Assembly: GCA_013239625.1 (NCBI GenBank)
Contig: MU054391.1
Coordinates: 744,001 to 808,000 of the forward strand
Source of the DNA: Lama guanicoe
Taxonomy: Eukaryota
DNA: 64,000 nt
Direction: 5' to 3'
Below the pieces are notes generated by a model. It made no database searches, was not told the DNA's origin, and was given only the letters and a program-made list of their open reading frames with translations. The position numbers and the translations under genes are program-made. Positions 1-13,541 of this stretch are shown here, one piece after another; positions within the stretch are counted from its first letter, which is position 1; each line of letters opens with the position of its first letter.

Positions 1-2054
1 TCTAGGGCGCAGAGAGAGGAGGCCAGGCGGACACTTGTTTATCCAGCCGACAGCAGAATGGAACACACAGTGGTGTGTTTTGACAAATACTAACACGCAC
101 TTCCAACATCTTTACCGGGTGGCCTTTCATTTTTCTAGACTTGAGATAGAACACTAAAATGGAAGAACTCTCAGTCAGACACTAACATTCTGTCTTGTTT
201 TGTGTGTGTGTGTCCATCTGTACATGTACCTCAGAGGGGAGTTTCAAACTCTCTTTTGGGAAATGGTTTTCGACTTACAGGAGCAGGTGCGGAGGCTCCC
301 TCAGTGTTTGCACCCAAATGCCCTTTTATGTTGACTCTGTTACTCAGTCAGCAGCACATTCGCTCTGGTTCCATCAACTTAGCCTATTTACTTCTCAAAT
401 CAACCAAACTGCGAAAGGATCAGTCAGATGTCTGTGACGGGAGGCCCTCTGCAGGCAGTCCGGGGCCAGACACAGATGGAGCCCTGGGTCTCGCCTTCAG
501 AGACCACAGGAAGGGGCGCTGCTCTGAGAACCCTTGGGAGGGAGGACCTCCGGCTCTGAGACTCGGCTCAGCTTTCCTGGAGGTGTGGGTGGTCAAGGTG
601 AAGGTCCAGGTGGGCTAGGAAACAGGCCAGGAAAGCTGGACAACGGGCAGCGAGAAAGCTGAGCGCATCTTCAGGGTGCAGGGGCCTGGGGGTCTGGGAG
701 CAGCTGGGAGTCTTTCCGTTGGCTCAGCAGGCAAGGCCAGAGGGTTTGGCCCCGAAAGTCGGAGTCCCTAAACCTCCAGAAGACTGGGAGTGGCTTGGGG
801 CAGAGGGGGCAGCGCTGGCGCAGGGACAGCGGGGAAGGAACGCCTGCGGGCAAAGCGGAGGTGGTGACGAAGGCCCATGAGTGGGGGGCCGCAGAGGAGA
901 CAGGACACAGGACAGGACTGCTGCCCTCACCTGAGTCTTAGGTTCCCGTTACACAATCTACCCAAAGGCGTCAAATCTTCACTGAATACACGTAGGTTTA
1001 AATTACTCTTTTCTTCCCTTCCTTCCCGCTTTTCCGTCTCACCCCTGGAACAAGTTTCCCCTGCGTGGAGACACGGCGGGGACCGTGCCTGGGGCGAGCG
1101 CTCAGGGCTGCAGGCTTGGGCTGGCCCCGGTGCCGTCCCTTCAGGTGGGGAGGGTCCTCCTTTCCTGCTGGTCGTCCCAGCCCGAGGCACGTGCAGAGAG
1201 CTGTTTGCAGATGCAGCTGTGGGTCCCAGGCTCCTGTTCTGCTGTCACTTGACTAGTTCCCCGTTGCATCAAGTGAAGAGAGGGGCCCCAGGCTGCAGAG
1301 CCACAGAAGCAGCGAACAGTCTGGACCAGGCGGGAGCTTCCGTCTGAACAAGCGAGGCTCGCGGTTTCGGACGAGGCTTGTCCATCTCAAGCAGCCGATG
1401 GAGCTTCTCAGTGGGAGCAGGCTTGGTACCGACCCCAGGAAGGGAGCAGGGACCCCGCGGCCTTTAAGAAGGATGTGGGCACTCAGCTCTTCGCGGCTCC
1501 CAGGGGTCTGGCCCAAGTAGGTCAGGGGAGTTACCGGGAGCCCTCAGCCTCAGTCTCCCTCCCCTTTCTCACAAGTCCCCTTGGACAGTAAACGCTCCTT
1601 CTCAGACGCACAGAGCCCAGGGCTTCAGGGGGAAGCCATCCCATGCCCCAGAACCAGGAGCGGGCTGAGGGGGGCCCGTGGGGCCCCACTGTTACTGATG
1701 CCAGCTCTCCTGCAAGGTGGGTGACCCTCAGGCACGCTGGGGCGTGCTGGGCTGGTAACGCCCACACGCAGGAATCGCCAGAAGAATGCACACACCAGCG
1801 CGTACGGCGGGCTTCTCTCTAAGCGGTGGGATCATGGGCGGTGTTTATTTTCTTGTTTTTGTCTAGTTAAATATTTCTCACTTTCTAGAAAGATTGTAAC
1901 TTTTCTATTGAGAGGGGAACGAAAGTGTAATGACGGTGGTGACGTCCTTCCCGAAAGACGGGAAATAACGACAAAACCAGAGAGGTTTTCAGCCATTTGC
2001 CCAGTGATTCCTTCCAAGTGATTCATCCCAAAGAAACAACGTGCCTGGAGGAAA

Positions 2055-2113
2055 GTGTGTGTGTGCGCATGTGTGCTTGTGTGTGCGCATGTGTGCGTGT
2101 GTGTGTGTGTGTG
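2055..2113. repeat. Interrupted (TG)n microsatellite with two GCGCAT interruptions
   Basis: Directly visible. Confidence 0.9.
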
Positions 2114-3220
2114 TACTTAATGCTCTCCCTTTAACAGAAATGTTGGGATTGGCCCGATGCCTCAGGGCTGGGACCCAGCCCCGGGACTGGTGGTCCTCCC
2201 CACGCAGGACACCACAGCTCCTAAGACGGCAGTGATGGTCCTTAGACAGACCTGGAAGCCCGCATCGGGGACAGTACTGCCTGGAAACGCAGACTCTGCA
2301 GAGCTCACCACAGTTCCCACATGGATGAGGGTCTGAAGGGCGCGTGCAGAACGGAGGCTGACGTGAGTGGGTTGCAGAGTGTGGCCTTCTCCCGCCGCCT
2401 CCCCTCCCAGTGGCCGTCCTTTCCTGGCCTTGGGCAGTGGGTCGAGCCAGGCGGGCTTTGCAGCCGACCTCGTCTCCACACTCCGTGACTGAGGGTCTCG
2501 GGCAAGTCATCTAACCCCTGCTCTTTAAGCAGGAGTGGTAGCACCCCCGCCCGCCTCCCAGGGGCACGTGGGGACAGAGGCGCCCCACATGGGCCGGTGG
2601 AGGTGGGATCACCCCGGCCACTCGGGGCAGTGACGCCGTCCTGCAGGCTGGGGTTACGCCCTCTCCTCCCTTTAAGATAAAATCACTTTGGAATTTAACA
2701 TGAAGTCTGCACTTTTAAGAAAAGTGAATTAAAAAAATCCAAGTGCAAAATTTATGAGATAAAGAGATTTCACTTAGTGAAATTAAAACAAGAAAATCAC
2801 ATTGGGCATCTCTAATTCTTTTTAAAAATTTTTGCTTTTTTGTTTTTTGGGGGGAGGCAATTAGGTTGGTTTGTTCATATGTTTGTTTGAATGGCATCTC
2901 ATTAATTCTTAAAGCTCCCTTTTCAGCTGCATTTACAGAACCAGGAAACTTCAGGGCCAGAAAGGAAACCAGAAGCAACTCCCTCTGCTTCTCTCTCACG
3001 AAAGTTCCCATGGGGCAGGGAGAGCCTGGGGGTTGGGGGCCCCTGCCCGCCAGGGCCACCCCGGGCGCCCGGCTCCTGCGGGAGAACGTCTAACTGCACC
3101 GGCCCCCCGCCCGCCTCCCCGCAGGCCACTACCCGGGCCGCCCCGCACTGGGCGCCCTGGGCGCCAGCCCCTGGGAGCAGGTGTGGGCGGCCCGTCAGGG
3201 GACGCGCTCTGCATCGGTAC

Positions 3221-3328
3221 CTTAGCACTCGGTCTGAGGCCTGGCTGGACTTGGACGCGTCACAGCTCTGGTGTTTCTCCTGGGCCTTCGCCAGTTTCTC
3301 TGCTGCGGCGATAGGGCATCCAGAGAGG
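3221..3328 (-). CDS. MYT1L: MYT1L coding exon 8 (108 nt): (S)[35 protein letters not shown](R)
   Basis: TGTCCTTGCAG|CCTCTCTGGATGC...GTGCTAAG|GTACCG; within ORF 2923..3558. Confidence 0.95.
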
Positions 3329-4858
3329 CTGCAAGGACAGACAGGGGAGTCACTGTCTCCCCCAAGGCTGCCCTGCACAATTGCCACCCCCTCCTGGCCC
3401 TCCGTCAGTCCCCAGCCCGTCCCGGGGCACGCCTGGGGGATGAGCAGGGAGCGAGGACTGAGCTGCCTGCCTCCTGGTCCCGCAAGTGGGGCTGGGGCCA
3501 GGCCGGGTGGAAAGGACACGCCGTCCTTTCCAATGACAGCGAGACAAAGGTGTGTCATTCAAGGGACGACAAGCCAGTTGAAAATTTACACACAGATTCC
3601 GTTCTGGGAGGCCCGTAGTTTCTGGAGAGGAGGAATTAACCGTGTGGGTAGGAGGGGTCCCCAAGGAGCCCGAGAGGTGGCGCGGAGCTGCTGGCCCCAG
3701 CGTGGCGGCCCATGGGCTGACCAGCACGTCCGCGTCCCCGGGAAGAGAAGAGGAGTGGGGGGAAAGCAGAATGGTCTCAGGCTGCCGTCAGGCATCCTCT
3801 GTGACTAAGTGCTTATGGGAGAGACGACAGATTTGCTCTTTTGTGTTTGAGCTGATTTTTCAGGAAACCATGGGGTACACGGGGTACAGGTGCTCAATTC
3901 ACGCCCACGACGCCTCAGACTCTGCGGAGGTTTGGTGGAGGAGCGGACGTCACCAGCCCTGTGAGCAGCCTCAGTGGGACCCTCCATCCGGCAAGTGCCT
4001 TTTTAGAGGAAGCCCAGAAAAACCTCTGAAGGGCACAGGCTCATGGCTTCCTCCACGGCACACTTGTCACAAGTCACCACACTTACCAGACAAGCAAAAA
4101 TTAAAGTGACACTTACAACAGGTTCCTCTGTTTAGATGTAATTTTACATAAACTTGTGAAGCAGAAACTATAGGCAGTAGAAAAAAAATTAACAGAATCA
4201 CTTCAGGCTTCTGAGAAAAAAGCGTCTGATAGGAACTGAGTGTTCTAAGTAACTCGGTGAAAGAATAAGACAGGAGAGAGAACTGGGCAAGAGCGTGGCT
4301 CTAAGCATGTGCGTTTCTAGCAGCAGCCCAGACCGGTCTACGTCCTGCAGGTGTCCCCCGCCAGCACCTGGCACGTCTGCTGGCACTTGGGTGGCGGCCA
4401 CCCTGACAACCAGCGCTTCGGCAGCGGGTCAAGGGGCCAGCCGAGTGGGGTCAGACACCGTTCAGTCGTACTGTTTGCTAATGTCCGTCCTGCCGGATGC
4501 GCCCAGGACGGGCCCTCCAACCCCTAGAAGGTGACGGAGCTCTTCCTTCCTTCCTTCAGGTCACTGCAAGCGGCTAGGGTGCCACCCGGGCTGCCACCCC
4601 GGGGAGGGCCCTGCTGGGGGCTGCCGCTCCACCACCACCAGGTGGGCGAACCACCAAGAAGTCCAACCTGCCAAGAGGGGTGTGAGCGCTGGGCGTGCCG
4701 TGCAGCCGGGACGGCTTGGCTCTGCCCCCCAGAGCGGCAGCGAGGACGCCTGTCTCGGGGCGGGAAGGGGCTGTGCAGGGGCCAGCCCCTCCGGAGGGCG
4801 CGGGAGCATGGCCGCCGGGGTCTGCGCGCCAAAGCCGAGACGCAGGAGCTCTGCTTAC

Positions 4859-4949
4859 CTTCGGTGCGAGTTCCTGTTGCTATTAACATGCCCTCGCCCT
4901 GTGCAGCCCGGAGTAGGACACTTGAGAACGTTCTCATGCATGGCAAGAA
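4859..4949 (-). CDS. MYT1L: MYT1L coding exon 7 (91 nt), most of zinc finger 3: (I)[29 protein letters not shown](S)
   Basis: Translated by hand; this reading frame is not in the ORF track. TTTTCTCCTCGTCAAG|TTCTTGCCATG...CACCGAAG|GTAAGC. Confidence 0.95.
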
Positions 4950-5749
4950 CTTGACGAGGAGAAAACAGCCCAGCGTTAAAACACAGCAGTGGTCCGAGGA
5001 CAAGAACACGCGCTCATCTTAACACAGGCTGGTTACTTTACAACAGACGGTCCTATGAACACTGGTCATGGCACGGGGGGGACACACACGGCGGGAGGAA
5101 GGCTGCCTCACCCTCACTCTAACTGGCATGCAAAGCGGGCAGCTGGGCGGGGGGGGGCTGGGGGGGCAGAACCGACCCCGCCGGGGTAGGAGGGCGAGGC
5201 CCCGCCACGTCTCCTGGAGGAAGCACTGTGCACTGACTGGCCACGTAACATCACATCGACTGGAGACACTTAAAGCATTGCCTGCGCCCTGAAACACAGC
5301 ACTGTGCAGGCACGGTGGTCACGGGTGGGTCTTCCTTTCGAGTGAAATAAATGACTTTTCACTTAGGAATTAAGTACTTCATTCTTCACACAGCAGAGGA
5401 GAGACAACGCACTGCAGCCCACCGCGTGAAACCAGCGAGGGGGAGGCGGCAGGGCCCGGTGTGCGGAGACAGGAAGCCGCCGCCTGTGTCGGGAGACCGT
5501 GTTTGTGTCCCCGCGGTGGCAACGAGCCTGTCCCTTCTCTCCTGTCCTTGGGGACCTCTCCACTGCTCTGGGTTGTGGGGATGGCTGGGCTGGGGGCAAG
5601 CAGTGCTGGCCGGTCAGGAGACCTAACCCAGGCACAGCTGTCTACGAAATCCAGGGGACGACCTCGGTCCTTCTCTGCCCGCGAGGTTTACCTGGCCCCA
5701 GGTGAGCGATAAGGGCCCACGAGACACACTCCGCCCAAGCTAGTTATGG

Positions 5750-7145
5750 TTTCTGCGATTCTCTCGTCTCTCAAACAGCCTCTCCCCCCACCGAAGTCTC
5801 CCTCCTGCTTCCACACGATGCCGTCACTGCTGGGGTCCACACCCCGGTCCTCCCTGCGGTCAGGTCCGCTTTGGTCTCGTCTCTGTAGCTGTCACAGCCC
5901 CATCACCCAACGGGGTCGATGCACCGTCAGCTCCACTCGCTCCGCGCTGGGACCCAGCTGGCCTGGGTTTCAGGGTCTCCTGCCGGGGCATCCCTTCCTC
6001 CCCTTCCCATGTCTTCAGGGCCAGGTCACCCTCTGAAGTCCTCCCGGCTGCCCTGCCACCCTCTCAGCGCCTCGGTAAGCCCTCCCGGGGACTCAGCTTC
6101 CCCCCAGTTAATATCCGTCTTTCCTTCCCTCTCATGCTAAACTCTTCAAATACCAAATCTTCCCTGGAGGTGGCCCACGCCCCCGAGCTTGCCTGCGGTG
6201 AGGCCGGCCCTCTCTACCGGCCCCGGCCTAACCCCGGGGGCCGGTCCCGGGGATGCACACTGCCGCCCGTGTCCACACGGCCCTCTGGCTCCTCCACGCA
6301 GCCGTCAGGCCTGCTGTGCACAGCTCCCCCCACCAGACCTCTTCCACAGGCACCCCTGCACCTGCAGAACCTTCTGGAACTCCCCTCAGACTTCTCCTGC
6401 CTGCCCCTCCTCTTCTGTGTCCACACCTCCTGTCTGGGCTCCTGCCCACCCTCCATCTGGGTCCCCTTTCCGCCCGGGCAACTGCGCCCCGTTTCCCCGA
6501 CACGGCTCAGAGGACAGAGTCCGGCGGCCCCACCCTCCTCAGGTCTCCAGGCTGGCCCGGCCGCCTGCTGGGATAACACACAGAGATCCCGGGTTAAACT
6601 GGAGACACTGGAGCCCTCACTGCCCCATTAGATGTGGCCCTGCTTCTGCAGTCTGCCCTCGGCTGTCGGTTTACCATCCTGACCATCTACCCAGGGAGAC
6701 TCCTTGGTGTCTTCCTGGCCTCCCTCCCTGTCTCATCCTCATGTCCTGTCAGCCTGTCTCGGAAGGTTCCTCGAGTCTGTCCCAGACTTTCCATCCCACT
6801 GCCTACTCCCCGCCCCCACCCCACCCCCTGGTCTCCTGTGCAGACTATCCGCACAGCTTTCAGAAAGCGCAGTGGGGGCTTGCTCTCTCCCACGGACCAG
6901 CTCAGCCGCTGCCCCAGGGATGCCCGCGGGCCCCTCCGGGGCGGTCCTGCCTGAAGGCCCCGGCACGCACTGGCCCTCGGTCACACGCGGTCACTGTCTT
7001 GTGCGTGTGCCCCCTTTCTCAGGTGGGCGGGGGGTTCTTGGGGGACCAGGGCTGGTCTCATCAGCAGTGTGTCCTCTGTGTCTCCGACACCGTGTGTTGC
7101 AAACTGGGGTGGAGGCTACTTGGCTGAATTTGGACAGAAATGACT
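5750..7145 (+). mobile_element. Highly diverged LINE-2 3' portion
   Basis: Long C/T-skewed stretch with L2-like phrases (cccctcctcttctgtgtccacac; gggctggtctcatcag...gtctccgacaccgtgtg...ggctgaat...aatga terminus). Recognised by eye only. Confidence 0.45.
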
Positions 7146-8611
7146 GGGGGAAGCCAGCCTAAACAAGCTAAAAAAACAAAAAGGAGAAAAGGACAGACGT
7201 GCCTTCTACGGAGCCCTTTAAGTTTTTGCACACTTTTATGGTGCTATAAAAAATCCCATGAGTCAGTCTTTAGAAATGACTTTTAGAGATACTCTGGAAG
7301 GCATCTGCAGGACTAGGGGCAGAGCTGAATGCCCACGTTACGTGGGTGAAGGTGAGGCCCGGCATGACCTGACCCCGGGGTCTGTGTGAGCAGGTACCAG
7401 GAGCAGCGTGTTGGGGCACAGGCCGGGTTTCACTGTGTTTAGACTTTTCTGGAGAAAACACGGAGTGAGGAGGGCGCTCAGCCATGGGAGGGAGCTGCTA
7501 GCCTACTCTGATGCCTCAAAGGAAAACTGCATAAAGCTCTTCCTTCTTAAACGTTAGTGCCTGGTCCTCAGGCCTTGCTCGGTAGATGAGGACCACGAAG
7601 TGCAGAGCGTGCACCTGCCCAGCCTCACACAGCTCGTTAGCACTGACCCGGAACGTCACACGCAGGCCTCCGCGGAGACAGGCGGGCGTGCAAGTGGGAC
7701 AGCGCGGGCTTCGGGCTCAGCTCTGCTCTCTGCTCAGCGAGGGAGCGCCTGCCACGGGTTCACAAAGCACTGTGCACCCCGGGGAAGAGGAGGCTGAGAG
7801 TCTGGGCTTCAGATTGCTCATCTGAAAACGGGCCCGGTACCACCCCGCAGGGTCCGCGGGGGCTCGGTGAGGCCGTGCTTGCCGGGTGGGGGCCGGGCGC
7901 CCGGCAGAGGGTGCGCTCGGGACGGAAGCGGCTGCAGGGGAAGCGTGCTGCCTCCTGCTCATGTAACACACGGGCTCAGCCGGGCTCCCCGGGCCTGGCA
8001 CTCACAGCCCAGCCAGCTCCCACCCGCAGGACCGTAGCAAGAAGCACAGGGTTCCGGGAGGCCCTCGAAGACCTGGAGCCACGATCGCTTCCACTGAGGT
8101 CTCACCTGAAAACACTCTGTCAGCCAGATGGCTTTCTAAGCCTCGACTACCACTGTGCACTGCTCTCTGTTCACGGGATCCATCAGGGTGGCCTTCCAGG
8201 TGGGACCACCCTCAGAAGGTGGCCGTGGTCACACCTCCTGTCAAACTCTGACTTTTTTCCCCACTAGAAACTGCGCCCCACAGAGCGAGGAGCACCCTTC
8301 ACGGACCCCAGACTCAGAATCACGATCTTGCACTCAGGTCGTCATTTCTGAAAATGGACCTTTTTTCTGAGCCGTCAACTCTAGCTGGACTGGAACAGTG
8401 GGCGTGTGTTACGGGCTGAGGGAAAGGTGAGGACGAATGTGTGCGTTGTTTCAGTTCTCAGAGAAATGTAGCTTTTTCATAAAGGTCATGCATAGTCTTA
8501 AAACCTAACTAAAATGAAGTGTAAGGTCAAAACCTACCCAATTTAGACCTCCTCATTTAGGATTTTGTTGTGTAGAAATGTTGAGACGACCGTGACATGA
8601 AAAAGGGTCTA

Positions 8612-9241
<630 letters not shown>

Positions 9242-12200
9242 TCAAGAGAGTGAATGTTTTACCAGCTGAAGACAAACGTGGTTATTCAACAATCCAAAGA
9301 GACTCTGATAAATAAAGACATAAAGCAGGTGTCGGGGGCGGACTGTGACGTCAGGCTTTGGCGCAGGTGGCTTGCTGATTGGGGGTGAATGTTTTACCTT
9401 AAATGGTAATCATGAATCATAACACATTTCCAACACTCTCTGCGTTCAAGCAAGAAGAGGCCGTCCCTACCAGAACTCTGACTCATTATTTTCCCGTGTG
9501 TTACATGGGGAGCTCTGCTGCTCAGAGTCAATGGAAATTGTGATGAGACAGTGGCCTTCTCAGAGAACAAAGTGTTTCCATGGCCGTTCGGCAACGGCTC
9601 CGTGAAATTCGACCAGAAAACATAACGCCAAACACTCTGGCGCAGAATTTCTTTCTTACTGAGAGAACTGATTGTACACACTCTAAGCTGCAGAATTTTC
9701 CTGAAATGAATTGAATTCTCTTGCAGCTCTGTCTCTTAGCACACCAATTCAGCGCTTTTCTGAAGACAAGCTGAACTCTCAGAAGGCACTGCAAGCAGAT
9801 GGCCCAACGGTGGAGACCCCACCCGACAGAGGAGACGGGCAGTCAAAACTGTGCCGGAAGCTGCTGGAGCGGTCACTGGTTTTGGTCTCTTCGTCTGTCC
9901 TTGGAACCAGAGGAAGGCTCTCGCAGCTGTGCATGCAAGATGCTTCTAGCAGCCCCATGGGCCCCTGAGCACCGACGGGGAGGGGCAGCAGGCATTTGGG
10001 CAAAACTCGAATGCCAGGTGCCAGCAAGGCAATGACACGGCTAACAAAATTACTTCTGTCCCCAGACTGACCACAGGTTCAAAGATGTGCAGGAAACCAG
10101 CCCAGAAACAACTGCTAAGGCAGAGCCCAGACCAAAGGGAGAGGTGTGTGGACACCACCTCGCAGCCGCGTCAGACCCAGGCGCGCAGGCCGCCCGTCGA
10201 CGGGGAGGGACTGCGGCGGGTCTGGTCTAGGGGCGCCGCCGTCGGAGTTTCTGCAGGGCCTCAGTGCTTTTTATTGCTGTCTCACTGCTCAGGCTAATTA
10301 CGATGGCTAGAAAATACATGTTTCCTTTTGGTTAGGGATTCATTTTATATCAAGAAAAAAGATGGGTTTAAAAATTTTGAAACTTTTTGGGGCTTTCTTC
10401 TCAAGTCATTCATGTGAACCTGAAACAGACGGAGGACTCATGGGAATATATGAAGGATTTACGTTTATATAAAAACCCCTCCTTGCAATTTTCTCCAACA
10501 TTCTGTCCTGAAAGATGTGTCTTCCGGGTCCTGGAATCTCTCAAGCCCGTGCGGGCGTTGAGGGAGATGCCCTGGGCGTGGCGCTCAGCTCCTTCCTAGC
10601 CCTGTTTGCAGGCAAGCCTGTCTGGAGGCAAACCTAAGCCTTGTGGCTGGTGGCGACTTCCGTTCCTCAGGCTCTTCCTGGGGCGGCTGCTGCACGTGCA
10701 GTCAAGGGGCTGGTGTGCCAGTGCCTTCGGAGCAATTCCAGTCGCGTGGGCACAATTTACCTACTGTGAACATAAGTTAGGAAGTGCGCAGTAGCAGTTT
10801 CAAAGGAAAATATTGATCACTTAAGGTCATAAGTGAGATACAATTTAGAATCATAAACCAGACATAAAGAACGTTTAAAGGGTGAAAAAATAGCTTATAA
10901 CTGTTACTAATCATTGACTCTTTTTCAAGAGCATACTGACAACTTCCTACCAAATTATATTATTGCACAGATTTGGAACGTGTCCAGAGGTTGGGTGCAG
11001 ATCTGTGTAAAGACTGTGTGGCTGCAGGTCCCACAGTTTTGGAGACCCTGAGGGTGCCCTCTCCTCTGGGTGCACGAGCCCCCTGGGGGGTGTGCTGTTT
11101 GCTTTCATCATTCCTTCCCTCCGCTTCTTACTTCTTGCAGCCCCGATTCATCTTGAAAGCAAATTATCTGAGCAAACATCAAACAAGGAAGCAAGCAAGC
11201 AAACAAAGCAACAATTCAACTGAAAACCTGGTGACATCTAGAAAAGCTCGTTCAGCTTGCTCCCTCCCCTGCCTCCCTTTCGAGTAGATGCTTGAGGGGA
11301 AGAATGCAGGATGAAGTTTGGTTTTGCTCCAGATTTTGGAACGGCTACTCAGGTAGAACTTACATCCCTTCGAGAAGATATAAACGTGTAGGAGAGAACT
11401 GGAGTGAATATTCTGTCTTTGACACAATAGCAGGGAAGCTGAGGACAGATGGTGGGTGTGCCTTGTGGTCGGGGGAGCTGTCCGCGGCCATGCTGGTAAG
11501 GGAGGACGCACTTTTTTTTTATTTTAATAAGGAGGGCGTTAATCTCTTTGCCGCCCTTTGGTGTCCTTGCTTGGCTTTACTGACTTGGTTCTGAAAATAA
11601 CTACAGACGTCTGAAAAGAACCTGGGGAGTGATGTGAGCGCACCGCTGAGAAGCAGAGGTGGGCTTTGACCAGAGGAGGGGTCCAGAAGCACTGGGGCGA
11701 GGCAGAAGCCGTGCCTCCCAGCTCACGCGGGAAGTCCAAAGCCCCAGCCCTTCCCCATTCCAGGGGAAGAGCACACCTCGGTTTGGGGTTTTACTGTTCG
11801 TTTTCATCCTGTTCCTGTTCATTTAGGGGAAGCAAGCGATCTGAATTCCACTTCTTGCCAAAAACAAAGTACAACAGAATAACAATAGCAAAACAAAATG
11901 AGTAAAAATCTATAGCGAGCTGCTGGGTGCGAAGGAACGACAGAATCCAAGGTGGCACCACAGTGTCGCCCCCTCGGCGAGCCCGCGGCCTCCCCGGAAA
12001 GCGGGCCTGTGCTCCTCAAGGCCGAGACTCCGTCCTGAAGCCCACTCTGCAGACCTCCAGACAAAAGCTGGATGTGCTTGTCCACCCGAGCCGTCCCGTG
12101 AGAAGGGACACCACGTCCTCCTAAACGTGTTTAGTTCCCGTGTGATTCTCAGACACCCAGCTAGAGAGCCCTCAGAGGTGGCAGGGCAGTTACACACACA

Positions 12201-13541
12201 CGCTGAGGCTCCTGGTCCTCAAACACCCACAGCAAGCCTGGAGCGCCACTGAGAAGCGGCCCTGCCCTGCACGCTGCACCTCGCGGGGTCTGCCCTGCAC
12301 CTGCCTGGGGAAGCGATGGTCAGCACCGAGCTCTGCCGCACGGGGAGCCCAGGGGCCTCTGGCTAAGGCTCACCTCCGATCGGGGTTTGGTGAGAGCGAG
12401 GCCTGACTTACCCCTGGAGGTGTGTGCACACACTGAGAGGAGAGCCTGCCGACGTCACAGCAGGGAAAAGAGGCTCTGACTGCTGGGAGTTTGCGCAGCA
12501 GTCGATTTTCAAACCACAATCCTGACCCTCATGATCAGGAAACAGTATTCGTGGAGCAATGTGCAGAACAGGAGGTCCTTTTGGTACTAATTTGGAAAGA
12601 TTTAAGAACCACCAACTTCTTGCTTCTCACTTCACTCTGGAACACCCACATTGCCAAGGTCCCGCCCGAGGTTGAATCACATTCCACCTCCTGCTGAGCG
12701 GGGACACATGACTGACCCTGGAAACACGAAGCAGCCGCTCAGGTTGGAAACACACATGCCTGCCGTGTCTGGATGCGGCTAAACCCACAGACGCGTGCAG
12801 ACCTGTGCCGCGTCCCCCGCCGGGGAAGACCTGGCTGCAGCTACCACGGCGGGCGGCTCTGAGGGTCTGACCATAAAGCAAGCACCGTGGCTGTTTCCAC
12901 CACGGACGGATCGGGGGTGAGAACTAAGGAGACGGCCGCTGCGCTCGGCCCGGGCCGCCTCGCGGGCGCCGCAGGGCCGCGCGGCTTCCTGTCTCAGGGC
13001 GCCGACGCGCGGTCGCCTGCCTCGCCTTCCGTCGCTGGTCGGTTTCTGTCGGGGGTACTTCCTGTGGGGAGTTCTCACCAGTGACTGCCACGTGCTGGTA
13101 ACTTTGTGAACCACGGTGCCACCGCCTCAACGCAGTGGGTGGAATCTGTGCTTCACCCCAGGGGACTGGTTGTCACGTGAGCCCCGGCCGCGGCTCCCAG
13201 GCTGGGGCTCCTCTGTGAGGACCCAGGCTGGTCCTGACAACACGCATCACGCGCCGCGCCTCTGCCTGGGCCCTCCTTCCCCGACAAGCCTTTCCCACGG
13301 ACCCAGCCCCCCGTCCACCCGCTCTGACTACGGGACTTCGGGCTGCTCTCTGCATTTCTCAGATGGACGTTTGACTTGTGCGTCAGAAGCATAACCACAA
13401 ACGAGAGACCTGGAGTCAACGCTGAGACGCATGCATGAGTGACGGTGCAGTGTGGGGCGGGCGGCCTCTCTCGAGCCTGCGCTCACCTGCCTCGCTAGCT
13501 CACGGTCTCGTGAGGCAACTTACGTGAGGTAGAAATATTAC

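Noticed and set aside
1-3220. Next MYT1L coding exon (RPMCFVKQLE...)
   Set aside because: No matching sequence found by eye; presumably beyond the left edge of the window.
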